A stretch of DNA of 64,000 nt from Solirubrobacteraceae bacterium (GTDB taxonomy: Bacteria; Actinomycetota; Thermoleophilia; Solirubrobacterales; Solirubrobacteraceae): contig DATARO010000080.1 in assembly GCA_036264095.1 (NCBI GenBank), forward strand, positions 14,853-78,852, in the 5' to 3' direction. Position numbers and translations under genes: made by a program. The notes beneath the pieces were generated by a model that saw only the letters and a list, made by a program, of their open reading frames with translations, did not search any database and was not told the DNA's origin. How positions within the stretch are numbered: the first letter of the stretch is position 1; each line of letters starts with the position of its first letter. Shown here piece by piece: positions 9,074 to 18,088 of this stretch.

Positions 9074-10891
9074 GGAGACCTGCGCCGGGGCCTCGGAGAG
9101 GGCGATCGCCGCCGCGACGTGAGAGAGGTGCGTGAGCGTCTGCGGGTAGTTTCCGAGCGGCTCGCGCGTGCGGGGGTCGATCTCCTCGGAGAACAGCCCG
9201 AGCGGGCTCGCAGCACGCATCGCGCCGTCGAAGACCTCGCGCGCCGCGGCCAGCCGGTCCTGGCGCGCGTAGCACTCGGCCAGCCAGAACGAGCACGCGA
9301 TGAACGCGCCCTCCTGGCCCGGGAGGTCGTCGTCGCGCCGGTAGCGGTACAGGAAGCCGTCGGCGTCGAGCTCCTCGCGGACCGCGTCGGCCGTACGGAC
9401 CATGCGCTCGTCCTCGAATGCGATGAAGCCGGCGACGGGCAGCAGCAGCAGCGCCGCGTCGAGCTCCGGCTCGTCGAAGCACTGCACGAAGATGCCGCGA
9501 TCGGCGTCATAGCCACGCTTGTCGATCGCCTGCTCGATCTCGCGCCGCGCCTTCTCCCAGCGGCGTCGCGGCGCGCTGCGTGAGCACTCCTCCGCCAGGC
9601 GCAGGCCCCGGTCCAGCGCAGCCCAGCAGCAGGCCTTGGAGTGGACGAAATGCCGCGGCTCGCCGCGCCACTCCCAGATCCCGCGGTCCGGTTCGCTCCA
9701 GCGTTCGGCAGCCGAATCGACGAGCTCCGCGAAGAAGCGCCACTCGTCGTCGGTCGGCGAGCGCCCGCGCCGGTGCCAGCGCCACGCGAGGTTGAGGATC
9801 TCGCCGTACGCGTCGAGCTGGACCTGGCGCGCCGCGTCGTTGCCGACGCGCACCTGGCGCGAGCCGCGGTAGCCGGCGAGCTCGATCTCTTCTTCTGGCA
9901 CGCGCCGCTCGCCGCCGATGCCGAACAGGATCTGCAGGTCCTCGGCGTGACCCGCCGAGCTGCGGACGATGAAGTGGCGGAAGCGTTCCGCCTCGCGCGC
10001 GCATCCGAGCTCGGCGAGCGCGTGCGCGGCCAGCGTCGAGTCGCGGATCCAGCTGTAGCGGTAGTCCCAGTTGCGTGCGCCTCCGAGGGTCTCGGGCAAG
10101 GAGGTGGTAGGCGCCGCCACGATCGCGCCCGTCGGCGCGTACGTGAGCGCCTTCAGCGTCAGCGCCGAGCGCACGAGCGCGCCGTCGTCGTCGAGGTCCG
10201 CCCCGACGCGTTCGCGCCAGCGTCGCCACCAGGCCGTCGTGTCTTCCAGCCGGGTGTCGATGTCCGCCGCCGTCGGCAGCTCCGGCGGTTCGTGCTCGAG
10301 CAGGTGCGGGCGCACGTAGCGGATCAGGAGCCGGGCGCGCTCGCCCGCGTGCAGCGTCCGGACCTCGGACAGCTGCTGGCCGTCGCTCTCGAGCTCGCAG
10401 TCGCCGGCGATCAGCAAGCCGTCGTCGCCCCCGATCGCGCTGAACGCCTGGGTGCCTTCCCGGCGCAGCCACGGGCGCACCGCTCCGTAGTCGAAGCGCG
10501 GCGCGACCGTGATCTCGACCTCGGCGGCGCCGCGTACGCACTCGATCACGCGCACCAGCTCGCGGTGCGGGTCGAGCGCGCCGCCGTCGTGCATCGCGAA
10601 GAAATCCAGCACGCGGATGGTCGCCTCGCGGCTCTCCAGCACGGTTTGCAGGATCAGCGTGTCCGGGACGTATGAGCTCGAGCCCGAGCCCGGGTCGGCG
10701 CCGCTCAGCAGCACCGAGCAGAAGCCGCCGCGCTCGGGGTCGAGCAGCCGCCCGAAGCAGCTTCCGCTGTCGAAGCGCGGCAGGCAGCACCAGTCGATCG
10801 ACGCGTCGCTGGAGACGAGCGCGGAGCTGTGGCAGTCGCCGATCAGGCCGTAGTCGCCGATCGAGGGCTGCTCGCCGGAAGGCTCGCTCAT
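9068..10891 (-). CDS. Glycoside hydrolase family 15 (trehalase/glucoamylase-like)
   Basis: IGDYGLIGDC, GAIVAAPTTSLPE, RNWDYRYSWIRD, GIWEWRG, GLFSEE...GNYPQTLTH; ATG at 10891. Confidence 0.93.
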   Translation of the reverse strand: MSEPSGEQPSIGDYGLIGDCHSSALVSSDASIDWCCLPRFDSGSCFGRLLDPERGGFCSVLLSGADPGSGSSSYVPDTLILQTVLESREATIRVLDFFAMHDGGALDPHRELVRVIECVRGAAEVEITVAPRFDYGAVRPWLRREGTQAFSAIGGDDGLLIAGDCELESDGQQLSEVRTLHAGERARLLIRYVRPHLLEHEPPELPTAADIDTRLEDTTAWWRRWRERVGADLDDDGALVRSALTLKALTYAPTGAIVAAPTTSLPETLGGARNWDYRYSWIRDSTLAAHALAELGCAREAERFRHFIVRSSAGHAEDLQILFGIGGERRVPEEEIELAGYRGSRQVRVGNDAARQVQLDAYGEILNLAWRWHRRGRSPTDDEWRFFAELVDSAAERWSEPDRGIWEWRGEPRHFVHSKACCWAALDRGLRLAEECSRSAPRRRWEKARREIEQAIDKRGYDADRGIFVQCFDEPELDAALLLLPVAGFIAFEDERMVRTADAVREELDADGFLYRYRRDDDLPGQEGAFIACSFWLAECYARQDRLAAAREVFDGAMRAASPLGLFSEEIDPRTREPLGNYPQTLTHLSHVAAAIALSEAPAQVSV

Positions 10892-11961
10892 CGCTGCCGG
10901 CCGGCGCGGCCCGCGGCGAAGCCCGCCGCGATCGCGGCGGCGCCGAGGAGGCGCCGGTGACGGGTCAGAAGCCACTGGACGCTGTGGCCGTGCGAGCGGT
11001 CGTCGAAGTCCCCGTGCGTACCGTGGTCGCCGGGCAGCGGATGCAGCAGGTTGTCCGCTCGATCGGGCCCCACCGGTTCTTTGGTCTGCTGGGATTCGAA
11101 GCCGTTGCGTGCCAGATAGCGGTCGCCCACGCCCGGCAGCACGGCGTTGCCGAGCAGCGTCACAGCGGTCGTCGCGCCCACCCACCACTCGCGGCGCTCC
11201 GGGCGGTCCGCCGCGGCGACGATCGCGCGCGCTGCGACCTCCGGCTGGTAGATCGGGGGCACCGGTTGCGGGTGCCGCGGCAACCGCGTGCGCACCATGT
11301 CGAACTGGGGCGTGTTCAGCGCCGGCATCTGCACCATCGTCACCCGCACGGAGCTGCCTTCGTGGAGCAGCTCGCAGCGCAGGGACTCGTTGAAGCCCTG
11401 GATCGCGTGCTTGCTCGCGCAATAGGCGCTCTGCAGCGGTATCCCGCGATAGGCCAGCGCCGAGCCGACCTGGACGATCACGCCGCGGTTGCGCTCCCGC
11501 ATCCGCCGCAGCGCGCTGAGCGTGCCGTATACGAAGCCGAGGTAGGTGACTTCGGTGACGCGCCTGAACTCGGCGGCGGTGATCTCGTGCACCGGCGCGA
11601 ACACCGACGCCATCGCGTTGTTGACCCAGACGTCGATCGGTCCGTGGGCCTGCTCCAATGCCTCGGCTGCCGCCTCGACCGCTTCGGGGTCGGCGACGTC
11701 CGCCTCGAGCACGAACGCGCGGCCCCCGAGGGTCTCGACCTCGTCGGCTGCGGCCTCCAGCGAATCTCGCCCTCTGGCGAGCAGCCCGACTGTCGCGCCG
11801 CGGCGCGCGAACTCATGCGCGGTCGCGCGCCCCACGCCCGAGCTCGCGCCCGTGATCACCACGACGCGCTGCGCCGCCGCCTGGCCGCTGCGGCGGCGCA
11901 CCGCCGGGGGGACCATCTGCGCGGGTAGCTCGTTCCAGATCGAGAAGCGCCGGGAGGACAC
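10888..11961 (-). CDS. SDR family oxidoreductase
   Basis: TGASSGVG, WVNNA, YCASK. Confidence 0.92.
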   Translation of the reverse strand: MSSRRFSIWNELPAQMVPPAVRRRSGQAAAQRVVVITGASSGVGRATAHEFARRGATVGLLARGRDSLEAAADEVETLGGRAFVLEADVADPEAVEAAAEALEQAHGPIDVWVNNAMASVFAPVHEITAAEFRRVTEVTYLGFVYGTLSALRRMRERNRGVIVQVGSALAYRGIPLQSAYCASKHAIQGFNESLRCELLHEGSSVRVTMVQMPALNTPQFDMVRTRLPRHPQPVPPIYQPEVAARAIVAAADRPERREWWVGATTAVTLLGNAVLPGVGDRYLARNGFESQQTKEPVGPDRADNLLHPLPGDHGTHGDFDDRSHGHSVQWLLTRHRRLLGAAAIAAGFAAGRAGRQR

Positions 11962-11971
11962 GTCGTGGCGC

Positions 11972-11996
11972 TACCCCGCTCCTCCGAGCGGCAATC
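11972..11996 (-). promoter_or_regulatory. SigB/SigF-type promoter (SDR-GH15)
   Basis: GATT-N16-GGGTA, 10 nt before GTG 11961. Confidence 0.6.
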
Positions 11997-12070
11997 GAGG
12001 CGCGTGGCGCCGCGCCACGCGGGTAGACGCGGCCTATGGCCCGTTTGCACCCAGACCGCGGCGCACGGCG

Positions 12071-12733
12071 ATGAGCGTCGCCATCCTCGACATCGACGGG
12101 ACGCTCGTCGACACCAACTACCAGCACGCGCTCGCCTGGTACCGCGCGTTTCGCGAGAGCGGCATCGTGCTCCCGATCTGGCGCATCCACCGCCACATCG
12201 GCATGGGCGGCGACCAGCTCGTGGGCGCGCTCACCGACCGGGACGTCGAGGCGCGGCTGGGCGATCGAATCCGCTCACGCGAGGGCGACCGCTACGCCGA
12301 GATGATCGACGAGGTCGAGCCGATGGAGGGGGCCGGCGAGCTCCTCCGCGAGCTGCACGACCGCGGCCACACGGTCATCCTCGCGAGCTCGGCCAAGGAG
12401 TCGGAGGTCGAGCACTACGTCGACCTGCTCGGCGCGCGCCGGCTCGTCGAGGCATGGACGAGCTCGGGGGACGTCGAGTCGACGAAGCCCCGGCCCGACC
12501 TGGTGCAGGTGGCCCTCGAGCGGGCCGGGTCGGGTCCCGAGCAGGCCGTGATGGTCGGCGACTCGCCGTGGGACGTAGAGGCCGCCGAGCGGGCCGGGGT
12601 GCAGACCCTCGCCGTGATGACGGGCGGCTTTGCGCGGGAAGAGCTCTGCGAGGCCGGCGCCGCCGCGGTGTATGAGTCGGTCGCGGAGCTTTGCTCAGGC
12701 CTCGACCGCACGCCCCTCGGCGGCAGCGCCTGA
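12071..12733 (+). CDS. HAD family hydrolase
   Basis: LDIDGTLVD, LASS, KP, MVGDSPWD. Confidence 0.92.
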   Translation: MSVAILDIDGTLVDTNYQHALAWYRAFRESGIVLPIWRIHRHIGMGGDQLVGALTDRDVEARLGDRIRSREGDRYAEMIDEVEPMEGAGELLRELHDRGHTVILASSAKESEVEHYVDLLGARRLVEAWTSSGDVESTKPRPDLVQVALERAGSGPEQAVMVGDSPWDVEAAERAGVQTLAVMTGGFAREELCEAGAAAVYESVAELCSGLDRTPLGGSA

Positions 12734-12776
12734 GGCGCGGCACCCGCGCGGCCCCGTGGCGCCGGGGCGGCCACGC

Positions 12777-12800
12777 GGTTGCCTGCGCCGCCACTGGGTA
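12777..12800 (+). promoter_or_regulatory. SigB/SigF-type promoter
   Basis: GGTT-N15-GGGTA upstream of SD AAGGAG and ATG 12840. Confidence 0.7.
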
Positions 12801-12839
12801 GCCGCTTGATCAGGAAAAACCGTCCGCGAAGGAGCCGTT

Positions 12840-13349
12840 ATGTCAGCAGCCGCAAGCCGTACCAGTGCAGGGATCCTTGCCGACGGTGCGCGTGAGGAGC
12901 GCGCGCGAATCGTCGAGATGCTCACCAAGGCGTACTGGATGGAGCTCGAGACCGTGATGAGCTATCTCGCCAACTCGGTGAACCCGGACGGCGTGCGGGC
13001 ACAGGAGGTGATCGCCTCGCTGCGCGAGGACATCGAGGAGGAGCTCGGGCATGCGACGCAGTTCGCCCACCGCATCAAGGAGCTCTACGGGATCGTGCCG
13101 GGCTCGATGGAGTTCCACGCCGAGCAGGCCTACCTCCAGCCTCCGGAGGTGCAGACCGACATCGTGCATGTCATCAAGGGCGTGATCGCGGCCGAGAGCG
13201 GCGCGATCGATTTCTACACGCAGATCATCGACGCCACCGAGGGATCCGATCCGGTGACCAACGACATGGTGATCGCGATCCTGCACGACGAGGAACGGCA
13301 CCGCCGCCTGTTCGAGGGGTTCCTGCGCGAGTACGAAGGGCGGCCGTGA
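12840..13349 (+). CDS. Ferritin-like/rubrerythrin-like di-iron protein
   Basis: Two ExxH pairs (EELGH, DEERH) in four-helix spacing. Confidence 0.85.
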   Translation: MSAAASRTSAGILADGAREERARIVEMLTKAYWMELETVMSYLANSVNPDGVRAQEVIASLREDIEEELGHATQFAHRIKELYGIVPGSMEFHAEQAYLQPPEVQTDIVHVIKGVIAAESGAIDFYTQIIDATEGSDPVTNDMVIAILHDEERHRRLFEGFLREYEGRP

Positions 13350-13383
13350 GCCGTCGTACCGGCGCGCGAAAGGGCGCGCCGGT

Positions 13384-14460
13384 ATGAGCGCGCGCGAGCG
13401 GGCCGCGCCCGCCGCCGCCTCGCTCGCCGGAGCGCTGGAGCGCATCGCCTCCCGGTCGGCCGACCTCGACCGGCGCCCTCGGTTTCCGGCCGAGAACTTC
13501 AGGGACCTCGCCGATGCCGGCGCCCTGGCACCGCCCGCCGGGGGGCTCGCGGGAGAAGTTCGCCTGGTGCGCGCCGTGGCCGCGGTCGACGGCTCGACGG
13601 CGCGCATCCTCGACGGGCATCTCAACGGCGTCGAGCGGCTGGCGTCCAGCGGTCCCGAGCAGCTCCGCTTCAACGAGCTCCGGCAGATACGGAAGGGAAC
13701 GCTGCTGCTCGGCGTATGGGGCGCCGACCCGGTGGCCGGCGAGGGACCTCCCGCCCGGATGGAGGATCGGGACGGCCGGCTCGTGCTGCGCGGCGTGAAG
13801 ACATTCTGCTCCGGCGCCGGCGGCGTGCAGCGGGCGCTCGTCGTCGCCGCTCACGGCGAGGAGCGCGGCCGGCTTGCGTACGTCGACACGGGCAGCGGGG
13901 TGCGCGTGGACCGCGCCTGGTACCGGGCATCGGGGCTGCGCTCGTCCGAGAGCCACCGCGTCGAGTTCCACGACACCCCCGTGCTCGCGCTGCTGGGCGA
14001 GCCGGGCGAGCTGGCGCGAGAGCCGTGGTTCTCGCGTGATGCGGTTCGCACATCCGCGACCTGGGCCGGCCTGTCCGACGGCCTCGTGGCGGAGACCGTC
14101 TCCAGGCTCGACCGCGCGCGGGTGGATGCCACGCAGGCGCAGGCCGTCGGGCGGATGCGCGTCGCGCTCGGCACGATCGACCGCTGGCTGGACCACACCG
14201 CCGCGGTGCTCGGGCGGCCCGGCGAGGGCGTTCCCGTGCCTGACCAGACAGCGCTTGCGCTCGAATGCCGCCTCGCCCTGCACGAGTGCGCACGTCTGAT
14301 CGCATCGCTCGCGGCTCGCGCCTGCGGCTCGCGCGCGCTCGTCGACGGTGGCAGGCTGGACCGGGCCCGGCGCGACCTGGACCTGTTCCTCCTTCAGCAC
14401 CGGCTCGACCCGAAGCTCGCAACGCTCGGCTGCGACTCGCTCCAGGCGGGAGCGCGGTGA
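13384..14460 (+). CDS. Acyl-CoA dehydrogenase-like flavoprotein
   Basis: KTFCSGA, GLRSSESHRVEF, RDLDLFLLQH. Confidence 0.75.
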   Translation: MSARERAAPAAASLAGALERIASRSADLDRRPRFPAENFRDLADAGALAPPAGGLAGEVRLVRAVAAVDGSTARILDGHLNGVERLASSGPEQLRFNELRQIRKGTLLLGVWGADPVAGEGPPARMEDRDGRLVLRGVKTFCSGAGGVQRALVVAAHGEERGRLAYVDTGSGVRVDRAWYRASGLRSSESHRVEFHDTPVLALLGEPGELAREPWFSRDAVRTSATWAGLSDGLVAETVSRLDRARVDATQAQAVGRMRVALGTIDRWLDHTAAVLGRPGEGVPVPDQTALALECRLALHECARLIASLAARACGSRALVDGGRLDRARRDLDLFLLQHRLDPKLATLGCDSLQAGAR

Positions 14461-15029
14461 GCACCGCCGCCGAGATCGAGCGCTTCGAGGCTCTCTACCG
14501 GGAGAGCCCCGACCCGTGGGGCTACAGCACCAGCAGCTATGAGCGGGACAAGTACGCGGCGACGCTCGCAGCCCTCCCGGAGCGCTCCTGCGGCCTCTGC
14601 CTGGAGGTCGGGTGCTCGATCGGCGTGTTCACTGCGCAGCTGGCGGCGCGCTGCGGGCATCTCGTGGCGATCGACTTCTCCCCGAGCGCGCTCGAGCTCG
14701 CCCGCGAGCGGCTGCAGGGCGCGCGCAACGTCGATCTGCTGCGGGCTGTCTTTCCCAGCGATGTGCCGGCGGGCTCCTGGGATCTGATCCTCTGCTCGGA
14801 GGTCCTCTACTACCTCCACGAGCCGGCCCTCGCGGAGGCGCTCAGCTGGCTCAGCGCACAGGTCTCCGAGGGCGCGAGCGTCCTCGCCGTCAGCTGGCGC
14901 GGTCCCGGTCGCGACGAGCCGCACACCGGCGACGAGGTGCACGATCGCCTGGCGCGCGAGCTCTCGGCCTGGCACACCCTCGACGCCCGCCGCGATCGCT
15001 ACCGGCTCGACCGCTTCGACGGCCCGTGA
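14457..15029 (+). CDS. NodS-like SAM-dependent methyltransferase
   Basis: DPWGYSTSSYERDKY, LEVGCSIG, DLILCSEVLYY; GTGA overlap. Confidence 0.85.
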   Translation: MSTAAEIERFEALYRESPDPWGYSTSSYERDKYAATLAALPERSCGLCLEVGCSIGVFTAQLAARCGHLVAIDFSPSALELARERLQGARNVDLLRAVFPSDVPAGSWDLILCSEVLYYLHEPALAEALSWLSAQVSEGASVLAVSWRGPGRDEPHTGDEVHDRLARELSAWHTLDARRDRYRLDRFDGP

Positions 15030-16183
15030 AGCCGCGGCGCATCGTGATCGTCGGCGCCGGGCCCGCAGGCCTCGCCACCGCCCAGGCGTACCGTGAGCAC
15101 GGCGGCTCCGGCGCGGTGACGATGCTCGGCAAGGAGGGTCTCCTTCCGTATCAGCGGCCGCCCCTGACGAAGGAGTTCGTGCGCGGCGAGCTCGATGCCG
15201 ACGAGCTTCCGATCCGTCCTGCCGAGTGGTTCGATGAGCACGACATCGAGCTGTGCCTCGAGCTCGAGGTGACCTCGATCGATCCGGACGCCGGCGATGT
15301 CGGCCTGGACGGCCGCACTTTGCGCGCCGACACGATCGTGCTCGCGACCGGTGCCGAGCCCGCGCGCCCGGAGCTGCCGGGTTTCGACGATCCGCGCGTG
15401 CACACGATGCGCGAGCGCTCCGACAGCGAACGGATAGCCGCGGCGGTGCGGCCGGGGACGAGCGTCGTCGTGCTGGGGAGCGGGTTCATCGGCTGCGAGC
15501 TCGCCGCGTCGCTCGCGCTCAACGGGGCCGGCGTCACGCTCGTGAGCAACGAGGCCGCGCCCCAGCAGCGCCGCCTGGGGGCCGCGGCGGCGAACAACAT
15601 CGCGCGATGGCTGGAAGACCTCGGCGTCGGACTGAGGATGGGCGTCGAGGTGTGCGCGGTGCGCGGTGGCCGGATCGTGGAGCTGCGCGAGGGCGAGCCC
15701 GTCGAAGCGGAGAACGTCGTGCTCGGACTGGGCATGCGGCCACGGGTCGAGCTGGCCGAGCGCGCGGGCCTCGCGACCGCCGAGGGAGCGGTGCTCACCG
15801 ATGCGCAGATGCGCGCACACGAGCGGGTCCTCGCCGTCGGCGACGTCGCGTTCGCGCACAACCGGAGAGCGGGGCGGCGGCTGCGCGTCGAACACTGGGG
15901 CGACGCGCTCGGCCAGGGCGAGGTCGCGGGACGTGTCCTCGCCGGCGAGGACACGCACTGGCAGGACGTCCCCGGTTTCTGGTCCACGATCGGCCGCCGC
16001 ACGCTCAAGTACGCCGCGTGGGGCGACGGGCACGACCGCAGCCGCCTCGACACCTACCCCGGCGGCGCGTTCACCGTGTGGTACTCGCGTGCGGGCGAGC
16101 TCGTCGGCGCGCTCACGCATGAGCGCGACGAGGACTACGAGCGGGGACGGCGCTTGATCGCGACCGGGGAGGGTCCACCGTGA
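15026..16183 (+). CDS. FAD/NAD(P)-dependent oxidoreductase (ferredoxin reductase-like)
   Basis: IVGAGPAG, YQRPPLTK, LATG, LGSGFIGCE, AVGDVA, RVEHW. Confidence 0.9.
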   Translation: MKPRRIVIVGAGPAGLATAQAYREHGGSGAVTMLGKEGLLPYQRPPLTKEFVRGELDADELPIRPAEWFDEHDIELCLELEVTSIDPDAGDVGLDGRTLRADTIVLATGAEPARPELPGFDDPRVHTMRERSDSERIAAAVRPGTSVVVLGSGFIGCELAASLALNGAGVTLVSNEAAPQQRRLGAAAANNIARWLEDLGVGLRMGVEVCAVRGGRIVELREGEPVEAENVVLGLGMRPRVELAERAGLATAEGAVLTDAQMRAHERVLAVGDVAFAHNRRAGRRLRVEHWGDALGQGEVAGRVLAGEDTHWQDVPGFWSTIGRRTLKYAAWGDGHDRSRLDTYPGGAFTVWYSRAGELVGALTHERDEDYERGRRLIATGEGPP

Positions 16184-17943
16184 GCGTTCCCGCCCCAGGG
16201 GCCTCGGGCGCCGATCTCGGAGCGATGCCCCTCCCCGACCCGCGCCTGCAGGCGATCGTCGTCGTCCCCGCCCGCGATGAGGCGCCGCGCATCGCGGCCT
16301 GCCTGCGCGCGCTCGCCGGCCAGGAGGGCGTCGCCCCCGGCAGCTACGAGGTGATCGTGGTCCTCGACGGCTGCCGCGACGGCACCCTGGATGTCGTTGC
16401 GGAGGCCGAGCGCGCCAACGCATCGCTCTCGGTCCACGCGATCACCCTGCCCGAGCCCGAGGGTGTCGGACGCGCAAGGCGCCTCGGTATGGACCTCGCC
16501 TACGCGCGGCTGATGCGGATCGGCGCCGCGGATGGCCTGATCGCCAGCACCGACGCCGACACGATCGTGGCCGATGACTGGCTCGCGGTCCAGCTGGCGC
16601 TGGCCGGCGCCGGGGCAGCGGCGATCGGCGGGCTGATCGAGCTCGAGCCGGATGAGCGCCGCGCGCTCGACCCGCGGGCGCTCGCAGCGCGCGAGCGCGA
16701 CATGGCGGCCCGCATCGCGCGCGCGATCGAGCAGGCCGGGGATCCCGCGGACGTCGAGCACGCGCACTTCTCCGGGGCGTCGCTTGCGTTGACGGCCGCT
16801 GCCTACAGGCGCTGCGGCGGCCTGCCCGTGCGGGCGGCGCTCGAGGATGAGGCGCTGGCCGAGGCGCTCACGCGGCAGGGCATCTCGATCCACCGCAGCC
16901 GCGGCGTCAGGGTGCGGACCTCGGCGCGCACGGACGGGCGTGCGCCCCGCGGTCTGGCCCAAGACCTCGCCCGCGCCGATTGGCGAGCGCGCCGCGCGTT
17001 CGATGCGAGCGAGTTCCCGCTCGAGCGGCTGCTCGCGGCCAAGCGCGACACGATCGCGCTGCTGCTGCCCGCGCGCGAAGTCGCCGAGACGATCGGGCCG
17101 ATCGCCGAAAGCGCCGTGCGCCTGAGGGACGCGGGTCTGCTCGACGACGTACTCGTGGTCGACGCTGCCTCCAAGGACGACACGGCGGCGATCGCGACGC
17201 GCGCCGGCCTGCCGGTGGTGCAGGAGAGCGAGCTGCTCAGCGAGTACGGCCCGGTGCAGGGTAAGGGGGACGCGATGTGGAGGGGGCTATCCGCCGTCGG
17301 CGGGGAGATCGTCGCGTTCGCCGACACCGACACGGAGGGCTTCCACGACGGCTTCATCCTCGGTCTCGTCGGCCCGCTGATCTGCGACCGCGGCATCGAG
17401 CTCGTCAAGGGCGCGTTCCGCCGCCCCTTCCGCAGCGGTGCGACCGTGGCCGCCGAAGGCGGAGGCCGCGTCACGGAGCTGATGGCGCGGCCACTGCTCA
17501 ATCTGCACGCGGTCGAGCTGGCGGTCTTCGCCCAACCGCTCGCGGGGGAGACCGCCGCGCGCCGCGAGCTGCTCGAGGGGATCCCGTTCAGCGCCGGCTA
17601 CGGCGTGGAGATCGCGATGCTGATCGATTGCTGGCGCCGGTGCGGGCTCGGCGCGCTCGCCGAGGTCGACCTCGGGGTGAGGCAGAACCGCCACCAATCC
17701 CTTCGCGACCTGTCGGCGATGGCCTACGCCGTGCTCGTCGCAGCCGAGACGCGCTTCCTCGGCGAGGGTTTCGCCGACAGGCACGCGTGCAGGTCTGTCG
17801 TCCTGCCGCCGCTCCCGGGCGGTGCCGGGGGGACGGAGAACCGACCGGTCACGGTCGAGGAACGCCCCCCGCTGGCGGAGCACCGCGCCCGCGCCGGCGG
17901 ATCCGTTTTGGGGGATCGGCCCAGGGTAGGGGCGGGACAATGA
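16180..17943 (+). CDS. Two-domain glycosyltransferase: GT2 fused to a glucosyl-3-phosphoglycerate synthase-like domain
   Basis: N-half VVVPARDE...STDADT...EDEA. C-half LLLPAREVAETI...GKGDAMW...FADTD...GGRVTELMARPLL...QPLAGE...GYGVEI. Confidence 0.85.
   Translation: MSVPAPGASGADLGAMPLPDPRLQAIVVVPARDEAPRIAACLRALAGQEGVAPGSYEVIVVLDGCRDGTLDVVAEAERANASLSVHAITLPEPEGVGRARRLGMDLAYARLMRIGAADGLIASTDADTIVADDWLAVQLALAGAGAAAIGGLIELEPDERRALDPRALAARERDMAARIARAIEQAGDPADVEHAHFSGASLALTAAAYRRCGGLPVRAALEDEALAEALTRQGISIHRSRGVRVRTSARTDGRAPRGLAQDLARADWRARRAFDASEFPLERLLAAKRDTIALLLPAREVAETIGPIAESAVRLRDAGLLDDVLVVDAASKDDTAAIATRAGLPVVQESELLSEYGPVQGKGDAMWRGLSAVGGEIVAFADTDTEGFHDGFILGLVGPLICDRGIELVKGAFRRPFRSGATVAAEGGGRVTELMARPLLNLHAVELAVFAQPLAGETAARRELLEGIPFSAGYGVEIAMLIDCWRRCGLGALAEVDLGVRQNRHQSLRDLSAMAYAVLVAAETRFLGEGFADRHACRSVVLPPLPGGAGGTENRPVTVEERPPLAEHRARAGGSVLGDRPRVGAGQ
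17905..17928 (+). promoter_or_regulatory. SigB/SigF-type promoter for the TPP-GMC operon
   Basis: GTTT-N15-GGGTA inside the 3' end of the GT gene. Confidence 0.7.
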
Positions 17944-18088
17944 GCACTGCGCAGAACGAGGCGCGTTGCCGTTCCTTCGGTCGAGCCCGCACCGCCCCCA
18001 CCGCGGCGCCCACCGGGCCGGCCAGGCTCACCCCGGCCGGCGGTCCCGATCGCTGGAGCGGCGCCCACCGCCACCGAAAGGGAGCCCC

